From contig JBBRBD010000001.1 in NCBI GenBank assembly GCA_038206135.1, positions 65,919 to 129,918 on the forward strand: a DNA stretch of 64,000 nucleotides. Direction: 5' to 3'. The position numbers were made by a program, and so were the translations under genes. The notes below the pieces were generated by a model. The model ran no database searches and was not told where the DNA came from. It worked only from the letters and a program-made list of their open reading frames with translations. The stretch's first letter is position 1, and every line of letters starts with the position of its first letter. Positions 11,185 to 22,681 of this stretch are shown piece after piece. This stretch comes from Patescibacteria group bacterium (GTDB lineage: Bacteria; Patescibacteriota; Microgenomatia; UBA8517).

Positions 11185-12557
11185 TTAAAGATCGAATAGT
11201 ATTAATTCTTTGGGGTTCTATTGTTATGTTACACATCCTTCTGATACTTAACATTACTTTCTTTCCATATCCTGAATTATTTATTTACCCATATTTAACT
11301 AAAATTGGGCTTGTCCCTTACAAACAAATCTTTGACCAGCATTTCCCTGGTCTGATGTTTTTCCCCATTAATTTTGCAACACTTGGAATAACCTCACCTC
11401 AGAGTTTTCGCATAGTTCAACTAGTTCTCGTTATTTTGAGCCAGATTGCTTTATACAGAGTTACATTGAAGTTACTAAAAAAAGGCTCAGTGTCAATATT
11501 TGTCGCAATTTTATATATGGTTTGGCAAATGTATTTTGATGGTGGTACTTTGTGGATTGAATCGATGCTGGTACCACTTTTAATATTCTCGTTTTATTAC
11601 CTGGATGACGCTATTAAGACAAATCGACTGAAGAGTTATTTTATATCAGGAGTTTTAATAGGTTTAGCACTAATTACAAAGCAAATTGTAATACCACTGT
11701 CTTTGATTTTAGGAATATATCTGCTGATTTGTAAAAGACAGCACGAGACGAAAATTGGATACTGGTTTTTTGGTGCAGCAATTCCAGTCTTTGTTCTTCT
11801 CTGTTTTGTACTATCTCGCGGTATAGAAAAACCGTTTATTTATTGGGCTGGTACTTTCAACATCACGGCATATCACGAAATGGGAAGAAAATTCGCCAGC
11901 GGAAAAGAAATCGTAAGTACTCTATTTCTTGCAGGACCAGCAATTGTCGCAATATTTATGCTCTACCTGCGAAAAAAGAATCGAAGTAGTATTTTCCTTT
12001 TGAGTACTTTCTTTTTTACCGGTTTTTTGTACGCGTATGCTCGGTTTGATTATATTCATTTGCAACCGGTTGTCCCGTTTGCTGTTATTCTCGTTGTTTG
12101 GGGTTTTTGTAATACAAAAAAAACACGTTTATTAGGGATTCTGTTTCTGGTTTTTAGTATTGTAGTAGGAATACGATTCGTAGACCGTAACTACGGGCAT
12201 TCTGTAAAATTCTTTGAGCCTGCGGATTACGAAATAGCAACAGAAGTACAAAAATATGCAAAAACCCACGAGTCAGTTTTTGCATTTGGAACTTATCCTT
12301 ATATATATGCGCTCACCGACACGCATCCTGCAGGAAATGTCTTTGTCTTTCAATTCCCCTGGTTTATGAAAGTTACAGAAGAATCTATACTCAATGGACT
12401 TGTAGTAGATCCACCAGTCGTGGTTGTTCGAGATATTACTGCAATGATCGATAGTTATAACTTAATTGCATATATGCCTAAAATTAACACATACATAAAT
12501 CGTTATTATAAAACTGTTGAGATAGTTGGGAATACAGAAATTATGGTAAAACAATGA
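11169..12557 (+). CDS. GT-C membrane glycosyltransferase (PMT/ArnT-like)
   Basis: PYKQIFDQHFPG, multi-TM, C-terminal soluble domain. Confidence 0.7.
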   Translation: MAKEIVKDRIVLILWGSIVMLHILLILNITFFPYPELFIYPYLTKIGLVPYKQIFDQHFPGLMFFPINFATLGITSPQSFRIVQLVLVILSQIALYRVTLKLLKKGSVSIFVAILYMVWQMYFDGGTLWIESMLVPLLIFSFYYLDDAIKTNRLKSYFISGVLIGLALITKQIVIPLSLILGIYLLICKRQHETKIGYWFFGAAIPVFVLLCFVLSRGIEKPFIYWAGTFNITAYHEMGRKFASGKEIVSTLFLAGPAIVAIFMLYLRKKNRSSIFLLSTFFFTGFLYAYARFDYIHLQPVVPFAVILVVWGFCNTKKTRLLGILFLVFSIVVGIRFVDRNYGHSVKFFEPADYEIATEVQKYAKTHESVFAFGTYPYIYALTDTHPAGNVFVFQFPWFMKVTEESILNGLVVDPPVVVVRDITAMIDSYNLIAYMPKINTYINRYYKTVEIVGNTEIMVKQ

Positions 12558-13624
12558 AAATTGCAATTGACATATCCCAAGTTGTATATGGAACAGGTGT
12601 CTCTGTGTATACCAAAGAATTAGTTCGCTCATTATTGAAGGTGTCACCTGAACACAATTACATATTGTATGCTGGAGTTTTGAGGAGGAGAAGTGATATA
12701 GATAAGTATCTAGACTCGTTGAGCGGCAACTTCCGTTCGGTTATTTTACCTATACCTCCAAAGGCTGCTGATGTCTTGTGGAATAGCGTCAGGGCATTTC
12801 CAATAGAAACATTCATTGGACCATTTGATGTACTACATACTTCTGACTGGACTGAGCCTCGCAGCCGAGCACCTAAAATAACTACAATCCACGATCTTTC
12901 TCCAATCCTTTACCCAGAAGTTACAAATAGGCAAATAAGACAAGTATTTGAAAAGAAAATAAAGTTAGTTAAAAAAGATAATGATACTGTGATTGTGCCT
13001 AGTCTAATCATAGAAGACGAAGTTTTAAAGTTAAATATTTCTAAAAAACAAGTGTTTGTTATTCCAGAAGCGCCAAATCCAGAACTTCTGAATGCTCCCG
13101 TGATAGATATCAAAAGCCGTTTTAACATTGAGAATAAGTTCATTTTGATGGTTGGAACAGCACCTCGTAAGAATGTGGAGCGGTCAATTGAAGCCTTTCA
13201 TTCAGCCAAGTTAGAACAGACACAGCTAGTTATTGTAGGAGATCGTAGTGGGCGGGTTCAAATGAGCTCAGACGTTATATATACTGGCTTTGTTACTACA
13301 GAAGAACTTGCAAATTTATATAAAAACGCTGAAGTCTTTTTGTATACGTCGTTGTATGAGGGATTTGGTATACCACTACTTGAAGCGTATGAGCTTGGTT
13401 GCCCAGTTGTAACGAGTAATATTGGAAGTATGAAAGAACTCGGTTCTGCTGCAATACTCGTAAACCCAATGGAGCAAGAGTCTATTATGAAAGGAATAAG
13501 AGATGCAATCTTACAACACACTATTCTTGTGAAGAAGGGAAAAGAGTTTGTGCGAAAGTATTCTTGGGACGAAACAGCAAGAAAAACACTTGAAGTGTAT
13601 AAAAAAGCTTATGAAGAAAGATAA
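12554..13624 (+). CDS. Glycosyltransferase family 4 (MtfB-like)
   Basis: TIHDL, PRKN, YEGFGIPLLEA. Confidence 0.9.
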   Translation: MKIAIDISQVVYGTGVSVYTKELVRSLLKVSPEHNYILYAGVLRRRSDIDKYLDSLSGNFRSVILPIPPKAADVLWNSVRAFPIETFIGPFDVLHTSDWTEPRSRAPKITTIHDLSPILYPEVTNRQIRQVFEKKIKLVKKDNDTVIVPSLIIEDEVLKLNISKKQVFVIPEAPNPELLNAPVIDIKSRFNIENKFILMVGTAPRKNVERSIEAFHSAKLEQTQLVIVGDRSGRVQMSSDVIYTGFVTTEELANLYKNAEVFLYTSLYEGFGIPLLEAYELGCPVVTSNIGSMKELGSAAILVNPMEQESIMKGIRDAILQHTILVKKGKEFVRKYSWDETARKTLEVYKKAYEER

Positions 13625-14753
13625 ACCCATAATTGGTATAGACGGAAATGAAGCAAATGTTTTGAATCGTGTTGGCGTCAACAATTATGCTTACGAAGTT
13701 CTAAACAACATACAGAAACTAGAGGACCAGTGGAATGAACATTTTCAGATATTGGTATATCTAAAAGCCAGCCCACTTCCACATATGCCTCGAGAATCGA
13801 AAGACTTCAAATACCGGATACTTCCGGGAGCAGGTCAGTGGATTTTAAAAACTTTAATGCCACACCTCTACTTATCAAAGTTAAAGCCGACAATTTTTTG
13901 GAGTCCGAGTCATTATGTTCCACCATTTGCTCCTATGCCTCGAGTCTGTTCAATTATGGATCTTGGTTACTTGGAGTTTTCCGAACAATTTAAAAAATAT
14001 GATTTCTGGCAGTTGAAGTTATGGACTGCTTGGTCGATGTTAATATCACAAAAGGTGATTGCGATTTCGGAAACTACTCGGAAAGATATTATAAAAAGAT
14101 ATTCTTTCGCTCGTGGAAAAACGGTGACCACTCTTCTTGGATACGATACAACAATTTATCCTCCAAAACCTTCATCCATTCAGATAAAAGAAATATTACA
14201 GAAATATTCTATAGGGCGCAATTATTTGCTTTTTATGAGTACCCTAAAGCCTAGCAAGAATATTGAAGGCTTACTTAAAGCATGGGCTCTGGTGGAGAAA
14301 AAGTACCCAGATACACAGCTTGTAGTTGCTGGGAAGAAAGGTTGGCTTTTTGAAAGCATTTTCGCAGTTGTGAAAAAATATAAATTAGAAAGCCGCGTAA
14401 TTTTTACAGACTTTGTTGCAGAAGAGGACAAGCCAATTTTGATTTCACAGGCAAAGGCATTTGTACTTCCATCCTTTTGGGAAGGTTTTGGACTAGATGT
14501 TGTCTCAAGCATGGCTTGTGGAATTCCTACGATCGTCTCTGACCGGGGGAGTTTGCCTGAGGTAGTTGGAAATGTTGGATTTGTAGTTAATCCTGAAGAT
14601 GTGAAAGCAATTGGAGATGCAATGTCAGAGGTGTTGTCTGCTTCAACAACTAAATACAAGGCATTGTCTGATGCAGCGAAAGAAAGGTCAACTAATTTTA
14701 GCTGGAAAAAAACAGCTAAGGAAACAATAGAAGTTCTGCGCAGTCTGCTGTAA
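13611..14753 (+). CDS. Glycosyltransferase family 4 (MtfB-like)
   Basis: IGIDGNEAN, KPSKN, EGFGLD; ATG 13611 preferred over the track's GTG 13548. Confidence 0.88.
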   Translation: MKKDKPIIGIDGNEANVLNRVGVNNYAYEVLNNIQKLEDQWNEHFQILVYLKASPLPHMPRESKDFKYRILPGAGQWILKTLMPHLYLSKLKPTIFWSPSHYVPPFAPMPRVCSIMDLGYLEFSEQFKKYDFWQLKLWTAWSMLISQKVIAISETTRKDIIKRYSFARGKTVTTLLGYDTTIYPPKPSSIQIKEILQKYSIGRNYLLFMSTLKPSKNIEGLLKAWALVEKKYPDTQLVVAGKKGWLFESIFAVVKKYKLESRVIFTDFVAEEDKPILISQAKAFVLPSFWEGFGLDVVSSMACGIPTIVSDRGSLPEVVGNVGFVVNPEDVKAIGDAMSEVLSASTTKYKALSDAAKERSTNFSWKKTAKETIEVLRSLL

Positions 14754-14771
14754 TTTGCTACAATTGCCGTA

Positions 14772-15413
14772 ATGAGCATTCTTGAAAATGTAAAGGTTAG
14801 TTCTTCAGGCGTTTCTTTTGTAGATAAGAATGGAAAAATATTAAATACGAGCGTAGCAACACGAAAGATTACAAATCGTTTTTTTAATTATTACCTGGAT
14901 TTTAAACTATTTCTTATTCACTGTGTGAGTTTACATATTCCGTTTTGGTCTATTCGAAAAATTTTCTTTACATTGGCTGGAGTGAACCTTGGAGCTGGAA
15001 CTACCATTCATATGGGGGCGAAGTTTTTTGAACCTTCTGGGGTAACGATCGGTGAAGATACCATTATTGGAGATCGCGTTTTTTTGGATGGACGAGAAAA
15101 ATTGAATATTGGCTCTCATGTAGACTTCGCTTCAGAAGTAATGGTTTACAACTCAGAACACGATATCGCGTCTGCTGACTTTCATGCCATCAATGCACCT
15201 GTCACAATCGGGAATTATGTCTTTATTGGCCCTCGTGCAATTATTCTGCCTGGAGTGACAATTGGAGAAGGAGCAATCGTTGCCGCTGGTGCAGTTGTAA
15301 CAAAAAATGTTCCAGCCTATGCTTTCGTCGGCGGCGTGCCTGCAAAAATTATTGGGGAACGATCAATAAAGAAGCTCAATTATAAACTTGGTCGTGCACG
15401 ATTATTCCAATGA
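14772..15413 (+). CDS. Hexapeptide-repeat (LbH) acyltransferase
   Basis: [29 protein letters not shown]...GGVPAK. Confidence 0.9.
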   Translation: MSILENVKVSSSGVSFVDKNGKILNTSVATRKITNRFFNYYLDFKLFLIHCVSLHIPFWSIRKIFFTLAGVNLGAGTTIHMGAKFFEPSGVTIGEDTIIGDRVFLDGREKLNIGSHVDFASEVMVYNSEHDIASADFHAINAPVTIGNYVFIGPRAIILPGVTIGEGAIVAAGAVVTKNVPAYAFVGGVPAKIIGERSIKKLNYKLGRARLFQ

Positions 15414-15937
15414 AAAAAACTACTCTTATTGCTATTGCTGTTTTAGTACCGCTTTTGGCGCTCTATTATAGATATCTCACGATTCCAAGTTATCCTTTCC
15501 CTGCTCCACCACCAGGTGCTGTTCAGTCAAATGAACCTGCGGATGTAGAAACTCCATTTAGAAGGGCCTATTTCACTCAATATACACGCGATCAAGTGAT
15601 TGCTCACTATGCATCACAAATTAAGTACTTACCATATGTTGAGCTTAATTATCCGCCTGAGGAGGCTGGAACTATTATTCGCGATCAAACACGCAGCTGG
15701 TACTTAGAAGAACTTGCACACCCAATGAGAGATTCTCTGTATATAAACGGTTTTATACCGCAGAAACCTCAGGATAATATTGTTTTAAATGGTGTAACTT
15801 ATGCTGAAAAAATTACTATTAAATACGTACCGAGCAATTTGTTAGTGCGTCTAGTTATTGGAACATTAATTCTCGGATTTATTTATTTACTTCTCATAGA
15901 ATGGAAAAAAGCCCTCTCGTCTCTATTATCATCGTAA
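15410..15937 (+). CDS. Hypothetical membrane protein (N- and C-terminal TM)
   Basis: 175 aa, overlaps both neighbours in the operon. Confidence 0.65.
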   Translation: MKKTTLIAIAVLVPLLALYYRYLTIPSYPFPAPPPGAVQSNEPADVETPFRRAYFTQYTRDQVIAHYASQIKYLPYVELNYPPEEAGTIIRDQTRSWYLEELAHPMRDSLYINGFIPQKPQDNIVLNGVTYAEKITIKYVPSNLLVRLVIGTLILGFIYLLLIEWKKALSSLLSS

Positions 15938-16791
15938 GTTACAACACTCAAAAGCTTCTTGAAGACTGCATTCGATCAGTCGAAAGGCAAGTAAAATCTT
16001 CGTACGAGATACTTGTTGTTGATAATAATTCTCTCGATGAGAGTGTGAAAATGCTTAAGCTGAAATTTGAGAATGTGCTGCTCATTGAGAATAAAAAAAA
16101 TGTAGGATTTGCAGCTGCAAACAATCAAGCAATAAAAATAGCGAATGGAGAGTATATCTTACTATTAAATTCCGACACATATTTAGAAAGCGACTCAATA
16201 ACTCCTTCTATTTCGAAACTCCAAAAAAATCCAAATATTGGCGTTTTGAGTTGTAAATTAAAAAACAAAGATGGCTCGTTACAGCCGACAGGTGGGTATT
16301 TTCCTACACCTGCACGTTTGTTCTTATGGATGAGTTTTTTTGATGATGTTCCTGGTGTTAGCTTGTTTATTAAATCATTTCACCCTCGTGAAAATTATTA
16401 CAGAGAAGATCGTTCGCTCGATTGGGTAACTGGTGCGTTTTTTCTCTTTCCTAAATCAATTACCAAAGTAGTTGGTTTATTAGATGAAGACTATTTTATG
16501 TATACAGAAGAAATGGATTTTTGTTATAAAGTGAAAAAATCGGGTATGCAAGTTCAATATATTCATACGCCGTCAATTGTTCATCTTGGTCGTGCAAGTA
16601 GTACCAATGAATTTGCAATTGTTTCAGAAATATCTCACATACAGCTTTTTTATCAAAAGCATTTTCCAAACTGGACATTGTATTCAACCCTTGTGCTGAA
16701 AGCTGGATGCTTATTACGAGCATTTGTTTACGCTATACTTGGCAAGGTAACTCAAAAAAAATTATATGAAAAAGCTTTTGCATCTATTTGA
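15901..16791 (+). CDS. Glycosyltransferase family 2 (WbbL/rhamnosyltransferase-like)
   Basis: VSYN, DNNS, GFAAANN, LLNSD, FMYTEEMD. Confidence 0.9.
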   Translation: MEKSPLVSIIIVSYNTQKLLEDCIRSVERQVKSSYEILVVDNNSLDESVKMLKLKFENVLLIENKKNVGFAAANNQAIKIANGEYILLLNSDTYLESDSITPSISKLQKNPNIGVLSCKLKNKDGSLQPTGGYFPTPARLFLWMSFFDDVPGVSLFIKSFHPRENYYREDRSLDWVTGAFFLFPKSITKVVGLLDEDYFMYTEEMDFCYKVKKSGMQVQYIHTPSIVHLGRASSTNEFAIVSEISHIQLFYQKHFPNWTLYSTLVLKAGCLLRAFVYAILGKVTQKKLYEKAFASI

Positions 16792-18100
16792 AAATATCTG
16801 GGATAGAAGCGGTGCTTATTTAATTGCAACGCTGATATTAACTATTCCGTTGTATCCCAAATTCCCTTTCCTAGAAGTACCTGGAATTTATGTGTCTATT
16901 CGACTTGAGGATTTCGTAATTTTGGTTGTTTGTCTCATCTGGTTTCTAGCTCACATTCAAGTTTTCCCCAAACTAATCAAAAGCAATTTCTGGCGTGCAT
17001 TTATTCTCTTTTGGGCAATTACTCTTTTGTCCACTGTAAGTGGAATAGTGCTCACTCATACCGTTGTTCCAGTAGTCGGACTTTTGAATTGGGGAAGAAG
17101 AGTTGAATATATGATTATTTTCTTGCTTTGCTTAGACCTTAAAGTTACAAAAAAAGAATTAAAATTCTTTCTGCTCACCATTTGTATCGTAATTTTATAC
17201 GCATTTGTATATGGTCTTGGTCAGAAATATTTTAACTGGCCTATTATCACAACCCAAAATGGAGAGTACTCGAAAGGGATTGCACTTTCATATATGCCGG
17301 GTGGGCATATTGTTTCAACTTTTGCAGGGCACTATGATTTGGCATCATACTTGATCTTGGTTACACCTATAATTGTGGTGTTTGCTTCACACTCAAATGT
17401 TTTTGAAAAAACAAAAAAAAGAATGAATTTTGTTTTGTTTACTATTATGTCGTCACTTGCCGGAGTTTGGCTCTTAGCAAATGCCGCCTCACGAATTTCT
17501 ATTATTTCTTATTTTGGGGCTATTTCATTAGCGCTTATTTTAGTCAAGCGTAAATATCTTATTCCACTAGTAGCCTTAATTGTATTTATAGTAGCTATTT
17601 CATCAACGAGTTTAATTGGTCGTTATATGAGTATCTTTGATGTACTTATTAAAAAAGCATCTGCAGCTGAGTTAGTTGTTTCAACACCAGAACCGACACA
17701 GCCACCACCATTAGAAGATCGTTCTACAAATATTAGACTCGAGGTCGAATGGCCGCGAGCAGTACGGGCACTTAAGAAGAATCCTCTTTTAGGTACCGGA
17801 TATTCTTCCATTACATTAGCAACAGACGATGAGTATCTTCGCAGCTTGGGTGAGGTAGGAATTGTCGGTACTGGAGCATTTGCATTGTGTTTCTTCTTAG
17901 TGTTCATTGAGCTCGGAAAACAATTTATAAAGCAGAAAGAATTTAATACCCAAAAGCTAATGCTTGCGGCCGCCATTGGAATGATACCTGGAGTATTCCT
18001 AAATATGGTTTTTATTGATATCTTAGAAGCATCTAAGTTTGCCATTATGTTTTGGCTTATTCTTGGAATTACAATTGCACATGCGCGAACAACTGAATGA
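16766..18100 (+). CDS. O-antigen ligase/polymerase family protein
   Basis: Multi-TM, STFAGHYDL, SR motif, NPLLGTG. Confidence 0.75.
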   Translation: MKKLLHLFENIWDRSGAYLIATLILTIPLYPKFPFLEVPGIYVSIRLEDFVILVVCLIWFLAHIQVFPKLIKSNFWRAFILFWAITLLSTVSGIVLTHTVVPVVGLLNWGRRVEYMIIFLLCLDLKVTKKELKFFLLTICIVILYAFVYGLGQKYFNWPIITTQNGEYSKGIALSYMPGGHIVSTFAGHYDLASYLILVTPIIVVFASHSNVFEKTKKRMNFVLFTIMSSLAGVWLLANAASRISIISYFGAISLALILVKRKYLIPLVALIVFIVAISSTSLIGRYMSIFDVLIKKASAAELVVSTPEPTQPPPLEDRSTNIRLEVEWPRAVRALKKNPLLGTGYSSITLATDDEYLRSLGEVGIVGTGAFALCFFLVFIELGKQFIKQKEFNTQKLMLAAAIGMIPGVFLNMVFIDILEASKFAIMFWLILGITIAHARTTE

Positions 18101-19535
18101 TCGTTTCCCACCATCTCTTGTATATTTGATTTTAATCTCAATCCTTTTGGGCGCTTTTTTTGTGCGACTTTACAAAATTCAAAACCCAATTGCAGATTGG
18201 CATTCATGGCGCCAAGCAGACACTGCCTCTGTGAGCTATTTGTATGTGAGAGATGGTATTGAACTTCTACGCCCGAGATACTTTGATATTTCAGTTATCC
18301 AAACAAGTTACTTTAATCCCAATGGTTATCGATATGTTGAGTTTCCGTTTTTCAATGTGGTACATGCACTCGGCTTTAAGTATATTGGTCATTTCAATTT
18401 TGATGAGTGGGGGAGGCTTGTTTCGGTTTTAAGTGCTGTCACAACAACAGCAGCTTTGTATTTTCTTGGAAAAAAAGTGATCGGAACATTTGGTGGGCTG
18501 ATTTCTGCTTTCGTATATGCTTTTCTACCATATAACATATACTTTACCCGAGTAGTGTTGCCTGAACCGATGGGGGTTATGTTTGCGACTATTGGTCTTC
18601 TATTTGGAGTGTATTACTTCGATAAATATAAAAAGAGATATCTAATTTTAACAAGTATATTCTTCGCTTGTGCAATTCTGATGAAACCTTTTTTTGCATT
18701 TTATGCGCTTCCACTCGTTTATTTCGCTTGGAAAAAATATGGACTTGTTGGAATATTGAAGCAAAAAGCACTACTCATTTCATTTGATGCAGTGCTTATA
18801 CCATTTTTCATGTGGCGCGGATGGATGAACTACGGAGATCGATTTACCGGCATTCCATTTTTTGCTTGGCTTTTGAATGGTGATGGTATACGATTCCGTC
18901 CTTCTTTCTGGAATTGGATATTTGCTGAAAGAATTGCAAAAATGATCATGGGTATGTGGGGAGTAGTGCCTTTGAGTATTGGCTTTTTACACTCTGCAAA
19001 AAAATATCCAGTCGTATTTCTATCTGCAATTGGAATGCTTTGTTATTTGTGTTTGGTAGCAACTGCAAATGTGCGGCACGATTATTATCAAACAATGATT
19101 ATTCCTGCACTCGCATTATGTGTTGCATTAGGCGTTGTTTGGCTTTGGTCGGACTCTCCGTTTCACAAACTTCCGACTCGTATATTTGTAGTCTTTTCTC
19201 TCTGTATGATGCTACTTGTCGGGTGGTATCAAATGCGTGATGATTACCAGATAAATCGGGCCTCAATAGTCACCGCGGGAGATGCAGTTCAAAAGCTTAC
19301 ACCAGTAAATGCAAGAGTAATTGCTCCATACAACGGTGATACTGCATTTCTATATCAAACGAAACGATTTGGTTGGCCAGTGGTGGACAGAAGTATCGAT
19401 GAGTTGATAGCACAAGGCGCTGACTATTATGTTTCTGTAAACTATGACAGCGACACAAATAACCTTATGCATATGTTTAAAACTGTTGAGAAAACCGACC
19501 AATATATAATTCTTGATCTCCACCAAAAGATATGA
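18081..19535 (+). CDS. GT-C membrane glycosyltransferase (PMT_2-like)
   Basis: WHSWRQADT, EFP, HDYYQ; multi-TM. Confidence 0.8.
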   Translation: MREQLNDRFPPSLVYLILISILLGAFFVRLYKIQNPIADWHSWRQADTASVSYLYVRDGIELLRPRYFDISVIQTSYFNPNGYRYVEFPFFNVVHALGFKYIGHFNFDEWGRLVSVLSAVTTTAALYFLGKKVIGTFGGLISAFVYAFLPYNIYFTRVVLPEPMGVMFATIGLLFGVYYFDKYKKRYLILTSIFFACAILMKPFFAFYALPLVYFAWKKYGLVGILKQKALLISFDAVLIPFFMWRGWMNYGDRFTGIPFFAWLLNGDGIRFRPSFWNWIFAERIAKMIMGMWGVVPLSIGFLHSAKKYPVVFLSAIGMLCYLCLVATANVRHDYYQTMIIPALALCVALGVVWLWSDSPFHKLPTRIFVVFSLCMMLLVGWYQMRDDYQINRASIVTAGDAVQKLTPVNARVIAPYNGDTAFLYQTKRFGWPVVDRSIDELIAQGADYYVSVNYDSDTNNLMHMFKTVEKTDQYIILDLHQKI

Positions 19536-20731
19536 AGATTTTAATGCTTGTTCCGTTTTTACCAAACACATCAATGTCTGGGGGGCAGACACGTTGGTAC
19601 AACATAATTAAGGGTCTCTCAAAAGAACATGAAATTACACTGTTTTCTTTAATTAAGGATGAAAGCGAAAAGAAGTTTATCCCTGAGCTTCAAAAGTATT
19701 GTAAAAAAGTGCGCGTTTTTAATCGGCCGAAGTCACCATGGACACTTAGAAACATACTTTTAACAGCATTTAGTTATTATCCACTTTTGGTAATTCGTAA
19801 TTTTTCACTTGCCGAGCGCAGAGCTGTTGTCTCAGAACTTAAAAATGAAAAATATGATCTGATTCATGCGGAAACTTTCTATGTTATGCCTCATGTTCCT
19901 CAAAACATACAAGTACCATCTGTTCTTGTTGAACAGACTATTGAATATATGGTCTACAAACATTATGTAGATCATGAAGTGCCATTTCTTTTAAAGCCAA
20001 TTTATTTACTTGATATTTTAAAATTGAGATATTGGGAGCTGTATTTCTGGAAAAAGGCAAGCCGTTTAGTAGCTGTTTCAGAGGATGACAAAGCAGTCAT
20101 GAGGAAGTTGATTCCAAATATTAAAGTAGATGTAATTCCGAACGGAGTCGATTCAGAACATTTTGAAAAATATCCAGGGAAAGCAAAAAAACCTGCACGT
20201 GTTTTGTATGGTGCAGCTAACTTCAACTGGCTACAAAACGTAGAGGCTGTAAATATTTTGCTTGATGATGTGTGGCCCTATATAGCTAAAAATACAAGTA
20301 ACGCTTATTTGTGGATCGTAGGGAGAAATATTCCTGATAGTATTTACAAAAAGGCAAAAAATCTTCCTCGTGTTGAATTCACTGAATCTATTCCAGATGT
20401 TCGTGCAGCACTTAAAACTGCTTCAATAATGGTAGTTCCAGTCGAAGGTCCAGGGGGAACTCGTCTAAAAGTACTCGAGGCGATGGCATCAGGGTTGCCA
20501 GTCGTGTCAACAGAAACGGGTGTTGCAGGTCTTGGAGTTGAAGCTGGAAAACATGCTCTTGTAAGTCGAACAAGTATTAATATGGCAAAACAAGTTGTAT
20601 TGCTCCTTAAAAGACCAGTAAAGGCTCGCACAATTGGAAATGCAGGGAAAAAATTTGTAGAAAAATATTTCGATTGGTCTGTAATAGTTGGTATTCATAA
20701 CAGAATTTATAAAGAATTAGTACATGTCTAA
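19532..20731 (+). CDS. Glycosyltransferase family 4
   Basis: GGTRLKVLEAMASGLPVVST. Confidence 0.9.
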   Translation: MKILMLVPFLPNTSMSGGQTRWYNIIKGLSKEHEITLFSLIKDESEKKFIPELQKYCKKVRVFNRPKSPWTLRNILLTAFSYYPLLVIRNFSLAERRAVVSELKNEKYDLIHAETFYVMPHVPQNIQVPSVLVEQTIEYMVYKHYVDHEVPFLLKPIYLLDILKLRYWELYFWKKASRLVAVSEDDKAVMRKLIPNIKVDVIPNGVDSEHFEKYPGKAKKPARVLYGAANFNWLQNVEAVNILLDDVWPYIAKNTSNAYLWIVGRNIPDSIYKKAKNLPRVEFTESIPDVRAALKTASIMVVPVEGPGGTRLKVLEAMASGLPVVSTETGVAGLGVEAGKHALVSRTSINMAKQVVLLLKRPVKARTIGNAGKKFVEKYFDWSVIVGIHNRIYKELVHV

Positions 20732-21587
20732 AATAAAAGTATCGATAGTAATTGTTTCTTACAATACGAAAGAGTTATTACTTTCCTGTATAGCTTCTAT
20801 TAAAAAGTTCGCAGATGTGTCTTACGAAATTATTATTTCAGATAACGGCTCAACAGACGGAACACTTGAAGCTCTTACAAAAATCAAAGAAGTTGTTCTC
20901 GTTGAGAACAAAGTGAATCTGGGATTTGCGAAAGGTAACAACGCTGCAAAAAAAATCTCAAAAGGTGAGTATATTTTATTTTTGAATCCGGATACGCTTT
21001 TGCATAAAAATGCTCTATCCGAAAGCGTTTCTTATCTAAATAAAAACAAAAAAACCGGTGCACTTACATGCAAAGTTGTTTTACTTGATGGATCCCTAGA
21101 TAAAGACACACGTAGATCTTTTCCAACACCGTTTATAGCACTCACTCATTTTAGTGGACTTGATCGGATATTTCCAAAGTCGCCACTATTCTCGAGATAT
21201 TGGTATGGATACGCGGATGAAAACATAACCCAAGAGATTGACGCACTGCAGGGAGCATTTCTTCTAAGCCCTAAAAAAGTACTAGATTCCATAGGTTGGT
21301 TTGATGAGGATTATTTCCTTGATGGTGAAGATATTGATTTGTGTTGGAAAATTAAAAATTTACATCTAAAAGTAATTTATTTCCCAAAAGTAAGCATCAC
21401 TCATATTAAAAAGGGTTCCAAAAAAAAGAATAAATCCTTGAAATCTGTAACAGGAGGAGTTACAGCTATGCAGCTTTTTTATGAAAAAAGATTGTCAGCT
21501 CAATATCCATTCTATGTAAACGGTCTTGTTTTATTTGGCATTCAGATATTGAAATTTATTCGAACAATAAAGTATTACTTGTCATGA
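20724..21587 (+). CDS. Glycosyltransferase family 2
   Basis: DNGSTD, GFAKGNN, LNPD, GEDID. Confidence 0.9.
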   Translation: MSKIKVSIVIVSYNTKELLLSCIASIKKFADVSYEIIISDNGSTDGTLEALTKIKEVVLVENKVNLGFAKGNNAAKKISKGEYILFLNPDTLLHKNALSESVSYLNKNKKTGALTCKVVLLDGSLDKDTRRSFPTPFIALTHFSGLDRIFPKSPLFSRYWYGYADENITQEIDALQGAFLLSPKKVLDSIGWFDEDYFLDGEDIDLCWKIKNLHLKVIYFPKVSITHIKKGSKKKNKSLKSVTGGVTAMQLFYEKRLSAQYPFYVNGLVLFGIQILKFIRTIKYYLS

Positions 21588-22681
21588 AAATCGCAATAGA
21601 TGCCAGATTTTATGGGTTGGAAAATGGAGGACTTGGTAGATATACAATAAATTTAATTGAGCAGTTACAAAAATTTGATCTCAAAAATGAATACGTTTTG
21701 CTTCTTCGTGATCCTTGGTATAAAGAACTGAGTTTACAGCGTAACTTTAAAAAAGTATTGATTCATTCGAGGCATTATAGTGTAAATGAACAACTCGAAG
21801 TTCCTATCCGTTTACGTAGTATAAATCCAGATATTACCCATTTTTTACATTTTAACGTACCTCTTTTTTACAACAAACCATATATTGTAACTATTCATGA
21901 TCTATTGATGCATACAGGAGTTGGAAAAGAAGCTACAACTCTTCCTCCATTAAAATATCATATAAAAAGACGTGGATACAGAAGTGTATTTGATCATGCT
22001 GTATCAAATGCACAAAAAATTATTGTCCCCTCAAATTTTGTGAAAAACGAGATAAGTAAAATATATCGACAAGTAGATAATAAAATTGAGGTTATTTATG
22101 AAGGCGTTAGTTTTTTACCAGAAGCTAAAAGTAAAAAAACAAAAGACAAATACTTCATTTATGTCGGGAATGCATATCCGCATAAAAACATTGTAGGAGT
22201 AATTCAAGCAATCTTTGAAATTAATAAATCAAGCAAAGAATTAATACACCTTAAATTAGTAACTCCACGAGATATATTTACAAAGAGACTTAACGAGCAA
22301 ATAGAAAAATTACATGCAAGTGATTTTGTTAAAACACAGTCATTTGTTTCAGATGCTGAACTGTCCTCATTGTATTCGCATTCAATTGGATTTGTGTATC
22401 CTTCATTTTCAGAAGGCTTTGGTTTACAGGGTTTAGAGGCAATGCATGCAAAAACAAGATTATTAGCTTCAGACATTCCTGTTTTTCATGAGATATATGC
22501 TGACAATGCATATTATTTCAATCCTCATTCTATTGATGAAATCACAGAAAGTTTTAAAAAGTTGTTAAACGAATCAAATGAAAATAGAGAAAAAATTCTA
22601 TTGAAAGCTAAAGATTTTACGAAAAAATATTCTTGGAGACAAATGGCTCGTGATACACTCGCCATATATGCGAAAGCCTAG
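21584..22681 (+). CDS. Glycosyltransferase family 4
   Basis: IAIDAR, TIHDL, YPHKN, EGFGL. Confidence 0.9.
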   Translation: MKIAIDARFYGLENGGLGRYTINLIEQLQKFDLKNEYVLLLRDPWYKELSLQRNFKKVLIHSRHYSVNEQLEVPIRLRSINPDITHFLHFNVPLFYNKPYIVTIHDLLMHTGVGKEATTLPPLKYHIKRRGYRSVFDHAVSNAQKIIVPSNFVKNEISKIYRQVDNKIEVIYEGVSFLPEAKSKKTKDKYFIYVGNAYPHKNIVGVIQAIFEINKSSKELIHLKLVTPRDIFTKRLNEQIEKLHASDFVKTQSFVSDAELSSLYSHSIGFVYPSFSEGFGLQGLEAMHAKTRLLASDIPVFHEIYADNAYYFNPHSIDEITESFKKLLNESNENREKILLKAKDFTKKYSWRQMARDTLAIYAKA